Of a stretch of DNA of 39,762 nt, positions 1 through 8,251 are shown piece after piece (positions within the stretch are counted from its first letter, which is position 1; each line of letters opens with the position of its first letter). Below the pieces are notes generated by a model, which worked only from the letters and a program-made list of their open reading frames with translations, was not told the DNA's origin and searched no databases. The stretch lies in NCBI GenBank assembly GCA_937969125.1, contig CALBVA010000014.1, forward strand, positions 1 through 39,762. The letters run 5' to 3'. The translations under genes were made by a program, and so were the position numbers. The stretch is from an uncultured Verrucomicrobiales bacterium. Its GTDB lineage: Bacteria; Verrucomicrobiota; Verrucomicrobiia; Verrucomicrobiales; Akkermansiaceae.

Positions 1-329
1 GATGTTGGGTATGACTCAAAAACAAACAAAATGCTGCTGGCGGTCGGATCTTTAGGCTCTCCGCAAGGTGTGCATGACGAATCCAGAGGTTGGGTGGCTT
101 GTAACTCGTTTTTTTTAAGTGGTTATTCGGTTTTAAGCTCAGGGCCAAATAACAGGATTACATTCGCCGGGGGGACCGGTGATACTTACGCTACGATTAA
201 TAGCTTTGCAGGAATTCCGAAGCTCTTCTTCGTGCTTCGGAAGTTTAGCTCTGCCGAAGGCGCAAACGAATGATTTTTTGACCCGCGTGAGTGCGCGGTG
301 ACAAGATGTCTCTCGTAGGCAATCCAGCT

Positions 330-366
330 AAAAGGGGAGGGGGCTTAGGTTTTCGCCCCTTTTTTG
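330..366 (+). terminator. Intrinsic-terminator-like hairpin with T-tract closing the ORF-poor 5' region
   Basis: GGGGC (340-344) pairs with GCCCC (355-359), extendable by AGGGG/CCCCT, and is followed by TTTTTT (360-365). It ends a ~330-nt stretch with no convincing ORF on either strand. Confidence 0.45.
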
Positions 367-417
367 TCGGCAGCAGGCTGTTAGTTTCCTTTGATGGGGA
401 CCGTAATCCATTTCCTC

Positions 418-3219
418 ATGAAGAAACCCGCGTTCCTCGTCGCCATTTTCACCCTGCTGGCCGTCATTGCTGTGCCGCTCCTTGGTCAACTTTCAAAACA
501 CGGCGCGAAACGTGGTAAAGCACCCAGTGGGTGGACCAAGTTCGAGTGGCCGGAGAAAAAGGCCATCCTTTTCGGCCACTATGCGCCGACACAAGAGGAG
601 CTGGCCCTCATTGATCAGGCTGTGCCAAAGGCCCTGACCGCCAAGCCTGCAAAAAAGCGGCGGATCCTCCTTTTCTATAAATGCGCTTACCCGCACGCCT
701 CCATCGCCACTGGTGTGGCCGCCTTTCAGAAAATGGCGAAGACCGGGGCCTATGAGGTCGATATCAGCGATGACTCTGCTCACTTCAGCAAGGAGAACCT
801 CGAGAAGTATGATGCCGTTCTCCTCAATAACACCGTCGCTTTTGAGACCTTTCTCAATGACGGACAGCGCGCGAATCTTCTGGAATTCGTGAAGGGTGGA
901 AAGGGTCTCATTGGTATTCACGCAGCAGCCGATGCCTGTAAAGGCTGGAAGCCCGGTGCCGAGATGATCGGTGGGGTTTTCCGATGCCACCCATGGACTT
1001 CGCGCGGCGAGTGGGCTGCCCAGTTGGAATCCCCCCTTCATCCGCTGAACAACGCTTGGGAGAACAAGGCTCCTTATCTGCGTGACGAAATTTATTATTA
1101 CCGGAAGGGCTCCTTTTCCCGTGATCGCTCCCGCGTCCTTCTTAGTCTGGACATGGATAATCAGCGGAACTTCGTCGGTGATGGAATTGCCAAAAATCAG
1201 AAGGAGTTTGTGAATAAGGGCGACGATAATCCAGTTTCTTGGATTCATGAATTCGGGAAAGGTCGCGTCTTTTACTCCAATCTCGGACACAATAATTTCA
1301 CCTTCTGGAATCCCACCGTGCTTCAGCATTTCCTTGATGGTATCCAGTATGCTCTTGGTGATCTCCCAGCCGATGCTACCCCATCGGCAAAGATCGCCGA
1401 CCTGCATGTTAAGAAAGTGGACGCTAAGAAAATCATCTTCCTTGCCGGAAGGCCATCCCATCGTTCCGGTGACCATGAATTCCGTGCCGGATCGATCCTT
1501 CTCGCCAACCGGTTGAATACCCAGACTCAGCTTCCGGTGAATGCTCAGGTCATCTCCGGCTGGCCTAAGGATGACAGGATACTGGATGGCGCCGCAGCCA
1601 TCGTCATTTATTGTGATGCCGACTCCGTCCATCGGAAGCATTACGAGCGACTCATGGAGCTCTCCGAAGCCGGGACCGGCCTCTTTTTCATGCACTACGG
1701 CGTGCACCCGAATAAGATCGAGGATGGCCAAAAGTATTATATGCCCACCGTTGGTGGATTCATGGAGACCGGCTACTCGGTGAATCCCCACTGGGCTGCG
1801 GAACTTCACGTAACCTCCGACCACCCGGTGAGACGCGGTTGTGAAAAACCCATTAAGGTTCTCGATGAATGGTATTATTCACTGCGCTATGACGAGAAAT
1901 CCTTCCCGCTCGTCGAAGCAATCCCCACCAAAGAAAATATGGTGGAGGGCTCGAATCTCTGGAACAAAAATGCCACAGATAACTACGGCAAGAAGGTCCG
2001 CCTGATGTGGGGCTTTGAAAAACCCGATGGCACCCGCGGCGGCGGTTTCACTGGGGGGCATTATCACCGGAACTGGGCTATCGAAGGATTCCGGAAGGTG
2101 GTCCTCAATGCTATTGTCTGGACCGCTGGACTGGAAGTCCCCGAGGGCGGCGTGAAGTCGAAGAACCCGGATGAGGAGGAGATCAATGCCAACCTCGACA
2201 AGAAAAAGACCATGGCTCGCATTTCCCTCCCGCTGAAGTCAGCGATGGAATACCGAGCGGATATCCTCCGTGGCCGCGCTGAACGCCGGAAAGCCGCCGA
2301 AGCGGAAAGGAAAAAGAAGAAGGCAGCGGCTGAAAAAAAGAGGACTGAAACAAAGCCTGCCAGATCGGAAATGAAGGAAAAGGAGCCTGTCACGAAGGCT
2401 CCTTCCCGGGAAAACAATCAATGGCGTGATCTCCTGGATCCGTCCCTCAGTCAATGGGACGTCTGGATGGGAGTTCCGCATAAGACCGTCAAGCTTCCCG
2501 AGAGCTCGGACTTTGAGGTCGATCCCGAAAGCGATGGCATGCGCGGAAAACCGCTCGGGCTGAACAATGATCCCTTAAAGGTCTTCTCCGCAGCTGAGGA
2601 AAACGGCGAAGTCATCCTTAAGATCTCCGGCCAAATCTATGGCGGAATTACCACGAAGGAGGAATTTAAAAACTACCACCTGACCCTGCAATACCGCTGG
2701 GGTGATAAAAAATGGGAGCCACGTCTCAAGCGGAAGCGCGACTCCGGCCTCCTCCTCCACTGCGTCGGCAAACACGGGGCTTTTTGGAATGTCTGGAAGC
2801 GTTGCCTTGAATGCCAGATCCAGGAAGGGGACACCGGTGATTTCTATCCTCTTGCTGGGACCATTGCCGACATTCCGGCGAGTCTTCCGGAAGGTAAGAA
2901 GAAGCCAGTTTATACTCCCGGAGCCGAACTCTTCGAAGCCAGCAGCCCAGTGACCCATGGACCGTCCGAGGAAAAGCCGAATGGCGAGTGGAACACCGTC
3001 GAAATCTACACTGTGGGTGACAAGATGATTCACGTTGTCAATGGCACCCTCAATATGGTTCTCCTGAATACCCGCCAAAAGACCCCGCATGGCCACGCCC
3101 CCCTCACTAAAGGCCAAATCCAGATCCAGTCCGAAGCCGCAGAGATCGATTACCGGAGAATAAAGATTCGCAATATCACTGAATTCCCCGAGCAGTTCAG
3201 TAAGGCGGTGGAGGAATGA
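418..3219 (+). CDS. Secreted multidomain protein: ThuA-like domain + second ThuA/GATase-like module + K/E/A-rich linker + DUF1080 (3-keto-disaccharide hydrolase-like) domain
   Basis: The track ORF 391..3219 starts at TTG. The ATG at 418 gives a classic signal peptide, MKKPAFLVAIFTLLAVIAVPLLG. ThuA-like motifs are present (GLIGIHAAAD, VSWIHEFGKGRVFYSNLGH). A second related module begins KKIIFLAGRPSHRSGDHEF. The charged linker is RAERRKAAEAERKKKKAAAEKK. The C-terminal DUF1080-like region has NGEWNTVEIY and GQIQIQSEAAEIDYRRIKIRNI. Confidence 0.85.
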   Translation: MKKPAFLVAIFTLLAVIAVPLLGQLSKHGAKRGKAPSGWTKFEWPEKKAILFGHYAPTQEELALIDQAVPKALTAKPAKKRRILLFYKCAYPHASIATGVAAFQKMAKTGAYEVDISDDSAHFSKENLEKYDAVLLNNTVAFETFLNDGQRANLLEFVKGGKGLIGIHAAADACKGWKPGAEMIGGVFRCHPWTSRGEWAAQLESPLHPLNNAWENKAPYLRDEIYYYRKGSFSRDRSRVLLSLDMDNQRNFVGDGIAKNQKEFVNKGDDNPVSWIHEFGKGRVFYSNLGHNNFTFWNPTVLQHFLDGIQYALGDLPADATPSAKIADLHVKKVDAKKIIFLAGRPSHRSGDHEFRAGSILLANRLNTQTQLPVNAQVISGWPKDDRILDGAAAIVIYCDADSVHRKHYERLMELSEAGTGLFFMHYGVHPNKIEDGQKYYMPTVGGFMETGYSVNPHWAAELHVTSDHPVRRGCEKPIKVLDEWYYSLRYDEKSFPLVEAIPTKENMVEGSNLWNKNATDNYGKKVRLMWGFEKPDGTRGGGFTGGHYHRNWAIEGFRKVVLNAIVWTAGLEVPEGGVKSKNPDEEEINANLDKKKTMARISLPLKSAMEYRADILRGRAERRKAAEAERKKKKAAAEKKRTETKPARSEMKEKEPVTKAPSRENNQWRDLLDPSLSQWDVWMGVPHKTVKLPESSDFEVDPESDGMRGKPLGLNNDPLKVFSAAEENGEVILKISGQIYGGITTKEEFKNYHLTLQYRWGDKKWEPRLKRKRDSGLLLHCVGKHGAFWNVWKRCLECQIQEGDTGDFYPLAGTIADIPASLPEGKKKPVYTPGAELFEASSPVTHGPSEEKPNGEWNTVEIYTVGDKMIHVVNGTLNMVLLNTRQKTPHGHAPLTKGQIQIQSEAAEIDYRRIKIRNITEFPEQFSKAVEE

Positions 3220-3246
3220 GAGGTGATTAGATGAGAGGTAGAAGAT

Positions 3247-3281
3247 GATCCCGGCGGGATCAAAGCTTGTAGCCCGGGATC
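3247..3281. terminator. GC-rich inverted repeats between convergent genes (possible bidirectional terminator)
   Basis: GATCCC-GGC-GGGATC (3247-3261) is followed by a further CCCGGGATC (3273-3281). It lies in the 74-bp gap between two convergent stop codons. There is no strong T-tract. Confidence 0.3.
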
Positions 3282-3293
3282 GAGCTGACAGCT

Positions 3294-4205
3294 TCAAATT
3301 TCCTCCGGCTCTTCCAACTCGGTGCCGTTTCTCCGAATGAGTCCCTGCGGACCGAGGAGCCAGACGAGGAGGAAAATGATTCCGGTCATTGTGGCCATCA
3401 TTCCGGAGCTGGTCGTTTCGGGGAGGCCGAAGATGACGGGGATTGCCTTTGTCGTGAGGTGTCCGAGGATTGCTGATCCTGCGGCGATGATCAGGCTGAG
3501 AAGGATGAGGATGGGAAGTCGGCGGGTGAGAAGGAAGGCCGTCGCAGGCGGGACGATGAGCATCGCGATGACAATGATGGACCCGACGGCCTCAAACGCA
3601 GCGACTGTGGTCACGGCCACCATGGTCATGAGGATATAGTGCATGAGGCGGGGATGAAATCCCTGGGTTTCGGCAAGGCCCGAGTCAAAGGAGGCTATGG
3701 TGAATTCTTTGTAGAAAAAGCCGATGACGGCGAGATTGAAAAGCAGGGTCGAGCCGATGACGATGGCGGCGCGTGGCATTTCATAGTTCTCGAAGACGGT
3801 GACCATATTTAGTGGAACGAGTTCCAGTGCTCCATAAAGCACGCAGCGAGCATCGAGGTCCACATTGCCTGCACCCTGCTCGATCAGGATGAGCCCGACG
3901 GCAAACAGGGTGGTGAAGACGATCCCCATAGAGGCTCCGCGATCGACCTTGCCGAATTTGCTGATCCATTGCGTAAAGAGTGCGGTCATGACGCCTGCGA
4001 CAGCCGCGCCAAAAAACATCCACCAACTGGTGCGAGCTCCAGAGATGAGGAATGCCACGGCCAGTCCGGGCAGGACGGCGTGGCTGATGGCATCGCCCAT
4101 CATACTCATGCGGCGGAGGAGTAGAAAGGTTCCCGGAAGCGCGCACGCCATCGCACATAACACTCCGACGGTGGTGATGTGGAAGTCGGTCGTGGTCCAG
4201 GTCAT
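3294..4205 (-). CDS. Metal ABC transporter permease, ABC-3 family (second permease, MntD/TroD/YtgD-like)
   Basis: 303-aa polytopic membrane protein with the typical ABC-3 start (GVLCAMACALPGTFLLLRRMSMMGDAISHAVLPG). It is the last gene of the tightly packed SBP-ATPase-permease cluster, 5 nt after the preceding gene. Confidence 0.9.
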   Translation of the reverse strand: MTWTTTDFHITTVGVLCAMACALPGTFLLLRRMSMMGDAISHAVLPGLAVAFLISGARTSWWMFFGAAVAGVMTALFTQWISKFGKVDRGASMGIVFTTLFAVGLILIEQGAGNVDLDARCVLYGALELVPLNMVTVFENYEMPRAAIVIGSTLLFNLAVIGFFYKEFTIASFDSGLAETQGFHPRLMHYILMTMVAVTTVAAFEAVGSIIVIAMLIVPPATAFLLTRRLPILILLSLIIAAGSAILGHLTTKAIPVIFGLPETTSSGMMATMTGIIFLLVWLLGPQGLIRRNGTELEEPEEI

Positions 4206-4210
4206 GGTTC

Positions 4211-5146
4211 TTAGAATCGTTTCGTGAAGCCGGTGAAGAAGCCAAAGTCTTCCGAGTCGTTGTTCAAGCCGCCTTGTAATCCGAAGTCGAGAATGAGGTG
4301 CTGATTGACCTGGTAATTCATCCCACCGGCAAGATAAGCCTCATAGGCATCTTCGCCCGCGATACCGATGTATTCCAGGTATGCTCCGGTGCGCTCGGTG
4401 AGACTGAATCCGAGGACGGCGGTGTGGAGGAATTCGAAATCGTGATTTTTCCCCTCAGCGACGTAGTCAAACTCCGCCATGAGCCCGAGGCCCACGGTTT
4501 CGCTGAGCTCGATTGAGAAGGGGATGATCAGGCCGCCTTCCCATTCGTCATTGCTCAATTCGGTCCCGGTCGGAATTTTCACGAAAGGCATCAGGGCGAG
4601 AGCGGTGTCTCCGCCATCATTACCCCAGAGATTCCACTTGAGACGCAGCGTAACATCTCCAAAGCCTTCGCCCGGCTCTTCACCTTCGGAGTAGAGATCG
4701 ACCACGGTTTGAAAGTCGATATTTTGGGTGAGGCCTGTTTTGAAATTCAACTGCCCGAATGTGTAGGTGTCCGTGCCGCCATCACGACGCCAGTCGAATA
4801 ATGAAGCTTCGATGGCGAAGCGTCCGGCATCCACGGTGATGGGGGACTCGGTAGCGTCTGGTCGATCTGGCGAGAGATCACGGAGGATTGAATCCGGGGT
4901 GGGATTGAAGAGGTGGTAATGGCTCTTTGACTCAATTTCTTTAGGAGGAAGTCTGGAGTTTGGAACCTTGGTTTGAGCAAAAGGTTCGAGGGCGTTCTCT
5001 TTTGTAAGGGGTGAAGGACTGGCTAGAATGGCGTCGATGGCTTGCTCTTTCAGCGACAGCAAGGTGGAGGTGGCCTCATCAGAGGTTTTGATGTTGGTTC
5101 CAAAAGCTCCGCATGGAAGCAAAGATAAGACGACTAGTTTCTTCAT
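4211..5146 (-). CDS. Outer-membrane beta-barrel protein, transporter / 'MetA-pathway of phenol degradation'-like family
   Basis: It has a signal peptide (MKKLVVLSLLPCGAFG). It shows the family-typical SPDRPDATESPITVDAGRFAIE and LRLKWNLWGNDGGDTALALMPFVKIPTG, alternating beta-strand pattern, and a C-terminal aromatic residue (TKRF). It overlaps the upstream permease gene by 4 nt. Confidence 0.75.
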   Translation of the reverse strand: MKKLVVLSLLPCGAFGTNIKTSDEATSTLLSLKEQAIDAILASPSPLTKENALEPFAQTKVPNSRLPPKEIESKSHYHLFNPTPDSILRDLSPDRPDATESPITVDAGRFAIEASLFDWRRDGGTDTYTFGQLNFKTGLTQNIDFQTVVDLYSEGEEPGEGFGDVTLRLKWNLWGNDGGDTALALMPFVKIPTGTELSNDEWEGGLIIPFSIELSETVGLGLMAEFDYVAEGKNHDFEFLHTAVLGFSLTERTGAYLEYIGIAGEDAYEAYLAGGMNYQVNQHLILDFGLQGGLNNDSEDFGFFTGFTKRF

Positions 5147-6492
5147 GTCGTAATAACGTGTGGTGATTCGATCACCGGCTTTTCTAGCTCAAGCGCTTTC
5201 TCCAGCTCGCGCACAATCTCTGGTTCCAACAAGTGCTCCACCATGTCAGCATCGCGGTCGACGTGGGAGGGGGCGATGTCGGCGTGAGTGATAAGATACA
5301 TTTCCCAGAGGCGGTGATTTCGCGTGATGCGGGAGGCCTCTCCAAAGCCGGACTCCGAGAGGCAGATCTCGCCGGTGGGTCGGCGGACAATGTGGTCCTC
5401 GGCGTGGGCTTGGCGGATGAGTTTTGAAAGCTCACCCTTGCTCCAGTATCGATGCTTCCGCAAGGCCTCCAGCGGGATGGGGATGTTCTTGAGAATCTCC
5501 ACGCCTTGGGTGTCTTCCAGAATTTCGTAGGTGGAACGCAGGATGTGCTGGCGGCCCACTTTTTTCTGGAGCTTCAGGTGCCTGAGGTAGCGCGGTAGAA
5601 CTCCCCGCGCGGTTCCGAAGATCATACTGAAGAGGAAAATGGTGGCCGCGGCGATCACGATGATAGCACCTGCGGGGAGGCCGGGGAGGAGGGCCGAGGC
5701 CGTGGCGCCGAGCCATCCGGAGATCGCACCAATGAGCGCGGCCAGGACTAGTATATGGGTGAGCTTGTTCGTCCAAAATCGCGCCGCCGTCGCCGGGGTG
5801 ATGAGGAAGGCGATGATGAGAATGAGTCCCACTGATTGCAGCCCCACCACTGTGACGGCGGTGACGAGCGCCATGAGGATGATGTCCAGCCAGAGGGTAG
5901 GCCATCCCTCGGTGGAGGCGAAATTGGAATCAAAACAGAGCAGGGTGAGCTCCTTTAGCAGGGCGAGGGTGGCGATGGTCGTCGCGATGAGGGTGCCGGT
6001 GATGAGCCAGAAATCCAGGAGCACCATAGAGGCGGTCTTGCCATAGATGAATGACTCCAGCCCAGCCGAACTCTGCCCGGGAATTTGTTGCACCATGCGG
6101 AGGATCGCAATGCCCAGGCCAAAGAAAACTGAGAGCACGATGCCCATCGCGGCATCGTCCTTCAGCCGGGTGGTCCGGCGAATCGCGAGCACCAGGAGCA
6201 CGCCAAGCAGCCCGGTGATGGTGGCTCCAAGAAGCAGGCCGGGGAGGAATTTTCCGGTGATGCCCATTGCCGTCATGATGGCGAAGGCGATCCCGATTCC
6301 CGGCAGAGTGGCGTGCGAGAGAGCATCGCCGAGGAGCGATTGCTTCCGCAGCAGGAGGAAGCTCCCCACCAATCCCGCCGTGGCACCTAGAAAAGTCACG
6401 CCTCCGACGACGAGGCGCGTATTGTAACCCTTCAGGAAGAGGGTTTCGGTGAGAGCTGAGCCCAGCTCCGCGATGACACTAACGTCCCACAT
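5143..6492 (-). CDS. ABC-3 family metal permease fused to a C-terminal DtxR/MntR-family metalloregulator domain (YtgCR-like)
   Basis: Residues ~1-300 form a polytopic ABC-3 permease (LLLRKQSLLGDALSHATLPG). Residues ~305-449 resemble DtxR: GRQHILRSTYEILED (wHTH start), RNHRLWEMYL (DtxR KHRLAERLL) and DADMVEHLLEPEIVRELEKAL (DtxR EACRWEHVMSDEVERRL). It is a single uninterrupted 449-codon ORF. Confidence 0.85.
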   Translation of the reverse strand: MWDVSVIAELGSALTETLFLKGYNTRLVVGGVTFLGATAGLVGSFLLLRKQSLLGDALSHATLPGIGIAFAIMTAMGITGKFLPGLLLGATITGLLGVLLVLAIRRTTRLKDDAAMGIVLSVFFGLGIAILRMVQQIPGQSSAGLESFIYGKTASMVLLDFWLITGTLIATTIATLALLKELTLLCFDSNFASTEGWPTLWLDIILMALVTAVTVVGLQSVGLILIIAFLITPATAARFWTNKLTHILVLAALIGAISGWLGATASALLPGLPAGAIIVIAAATIFLFSMIFGTARGVLPRYLRHLKLQKKVGRQHILRSTYEILEDTQGVEILKNIPIPLEALRKHRYWSKGELSKLIRQAHAEDHIVRRPTGEICLSESGFGEASRITRNHRLWEMYLITHADIAPSHVDRDADMVEHLLEPEIVRELEKALELEKPVIESPHVITT

Positions 6493-7255
6493 TTTTTAAG
6501 GCCTCGGCGACATCGTCGAGGAGGTTGAGCTTGCCTCCATAGGTTTTCTGGAGGTTCTCGCGGGTGAAGGTTTCAGGCGTCGGGCCGCTCGCTACGATGC
6601 GCATGTTCAGCAGGATGAGGTGATCGAAGTAGCGTGAAACTGTGGCGAGATCGTGATGCACGCATAAGACTGTTTTTCCGCGAGCGTTGAGGTTTTGCAG
6701 CAATTCAATGATGGCCTGCTCCGTCGCGGCATCGACGGCAGCGAAGGGCTCATCCATGAAATAAATCTCGGCATCCTGCACCAGGGCGCGGGCGAGGAAA
6801 ACGCGCTGCTGCTGCCCGCCGGAAAGCTGGGAAATCTGCCGGTCCGCGAGGTGGCCAATGCCGACCTGCTCCAGTGCTTCGTGGGCCTGTTGTTTTTGCT
6901 GACGGCCCACGCGCTTGAACCAACCGAGCTTCCGGTAGGTCCCCATCGTGACGACATCCAGTGCACTCACCGGGAAGTCCCAATCGACACTTTCCCGCTG
7001 CGGGACGTAGGCAATGAGGTCTCGTTGTTCCTCATAAGGTTTGCCGTAGATGAGGACCTCGCCCGAGGTCTTCGGAATGAGGTCCAGACAGGCCTTCAGC
7101 AGGGTGGACTTACCGGCGCCGTTCGGCCCCACGATCCCCGCTAGCTTTCCTTCGGGAACATTGAGATCCAGATCCCAGAGTACCGGCTTGCGATGATAAG
7201 CCACCGTCAGGTCATGAACGGCGAGAGGATATTCGGGTGGATGTTCGGGGCGCAT
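6479..7255 (-). CDS. Metal ABC transporter ATP-binding protein (MntB/TroB/ZnuC-like)
   Basis: Walker A GPNGAGKST, ABC signature LSGGQQQR and Walker B IYFMDEPF are present. It overlaps the downstream permease gene by 14 nt. Confidence 0.93.
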   Translation of the reverse strand: MRPEHPPEYPLAVHDLTVAYHRKPVLWDLDLNVPEGKLAGIVGPNGAGKSTLLKACLDLIPKTSGEVLIYGKPYEEQRDLIAYVPQRESVDWDFPVSALDVVTMGTYRKLGWFKRVGRQQKQQAHEALEQVGIGHLADRQISQLSGGQQQRVFLARALVQDAEIYFMDEPFAAVDAATEQAIIELLQNLNARGKTVLCVHHDLATVSRYFDHLILLNMRIVASGPTPETFTRENLQKTYGGKLNLLDDVAEALKNVGR

Positions 7256-7260
7256 CGAGC

Positions 7261-8202
7261 TTAGCGGGAGAGCTTTTTGTTCAGGCCTTCCTTGGACACC
7301 GAGCCGCCAAGTGCAAGTGTGATGGTGGTGATATTGTGATCCATCATCCCGATGTAGGTGCCCTCGTAAGTGCCCGCCGGGCCCATGGCATCAGAGAAAA
7401 GCTTACCGCCGATCTTCACCTCATGTCCCTGTGCTTTCGCTCCTTCAATGAGGGCCCGCACCGTTTTATCGGAGACCGAAGTTTCCACAAAGACGGCCGG
7501 GATTTTCTTTTCCACCAGGAAATTGACCAGTTCGCTGATCCTCGCGTTTCCCGCTTCGGACTCGGTCGAGATCCCCTGAATTCCCATTACCTTCAGGCCG
7601 TAGGCGCGGCCGAGGTAGGAGAAGGCATCGTGTGCGGTTACCAGCACGCGCCGCTCCGGTGGGATGGTGGAGAGTGCCATCTGGGCGTAGGTCTGTAGGT
7701 CGGTGAGCTCTTTTCGGTAATTTTCGAAGCGCTTCGAATAGTGGTCAGCATTGTCAGGATCGAACTCCGCGAGCTTCTTCTGAATGCCTTCCGCGACCCG
7801 ACTCCAGATTCCGACATCCATCCAGAGGTGGGGATCGGCATGCTCTTCGCCTCCAATGAGCTCCACGTCCTCCAAACCTTCCGCGACCGCCATCGTCGGG
7901 TGGCCGGCTTCGCGTCGGTTGTCGAGCACCGTGCCCATTTTACCTTCCAGTAGGAGGCCGTTATAAAGCACGAGCCGGGAGGACTTGATCTTCTCAGTAT
8001 CACCGGCGGTGACATTGTAGGAGTGGGGATCGGTGCCTTCCTTAATGAGGGCAATGACGTCCTGTTTGTCTCCAGCGATTTCCTGAGTGACATCGGCGAT
8101 CATTCCCACTGTCGCAATAATTGGCCCGTCCGTGGCCTGTTCTTTTTTCTTGGTGCAGGCCGTGATTGAAAGAGCAGCAACGAGGAGGAGGAGAGTCTTC
8201 AT
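7261..8202 (-). CDS. Periplasmic metal-binding lipoprotein, cluster A-I SBP (PsaA/MntC/TroA-like)
   Basis: Lipobox-like signal (LLVAALSITAC). The putative His/His/Glu/Asp ligand set lies in DPHSY, DPHLW, STESE and FSDAMG, a pattern usually associated with Mn/Fe rather than Zn. It is the first gene of the operon. Confidence 0.93.
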   Translation of the reverse strand: MKTLLLLVAALSITACTKKKEQATDGPIIATVGMIADVTQEIAGDKQDVIALIKEGTDPHSYNVTAGDTEKIKSSRLVLYNGLLLEGKMGTVLDNRREAGHPTMAVAEGLEDVELIGGEEHADPHLWMDVGIWSRVAEGIQKKLAEFDPDNADHYSKRFENYRKELTDLQTYAQMALSTIPPERRVLVTAHDAFSYLGRAYGLKVMGIQGISTESEAGNARISELVNFLVEKKIPAVFVETSVSDKTVRALIEGAKAQGHEVKIGGKLFSDAMGPAGTYEGTYIGMMDHNITTITLALGGSVSKEGLNKKLSR

Positions 8203-8233
8203 GGGTCTTTTTTAGGTGGTGAACTTTGAGTTG

Positions 8234-8251
8234 TCAAAATTGAAATTTTGA
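8234..8251. promoter_or_regulatory. Candidate metalloregulator operator: perfect 8-2-8 palindrome TCAAAATT-GA-AATTTTGA
   Basis: A perfect inverted repeat read directly from the sequence. It lies 32-49 nt upstream of the SBP start codon (8202), in an AT-rich stretch where the operon promoter must be. Confidence 0.45.

Noticed and set aside
1-390. Idea that the region is tmRNA, because of an in-frame ...AEGANE-stop near 255-273, or RNase P RNA
   Set aside because: There is no tRNA-like 3' end (GGTTCGA..CCA context), no tag ending in the usual hydrophobic LAA-type residues, and no GAGGAAAGTCC-type RNase P core. Identity remains unknown.
31-518. Track ORFs 31..273 and 291..518 in the 5' region
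   Set aside because: They have no domain similarity and poor coding-like composition. The second runs across a terminator hairpin and into the signal-peptide region of the next gene in another frame. I treat the region as non-coding.
493-1824. 443-codon ORF antisense to the ThuA-like gene, plus similar long antisense ORFs at 14290..15039, 15384..16226 and 19435..20535
   Set aside because: In each case the opposite strand encodes a protein with clear family motifs (ThuA, ScpB, DksA-like, or the repeat protein with a signal peptide). The antisense translations are compositionally odd and motif-free.
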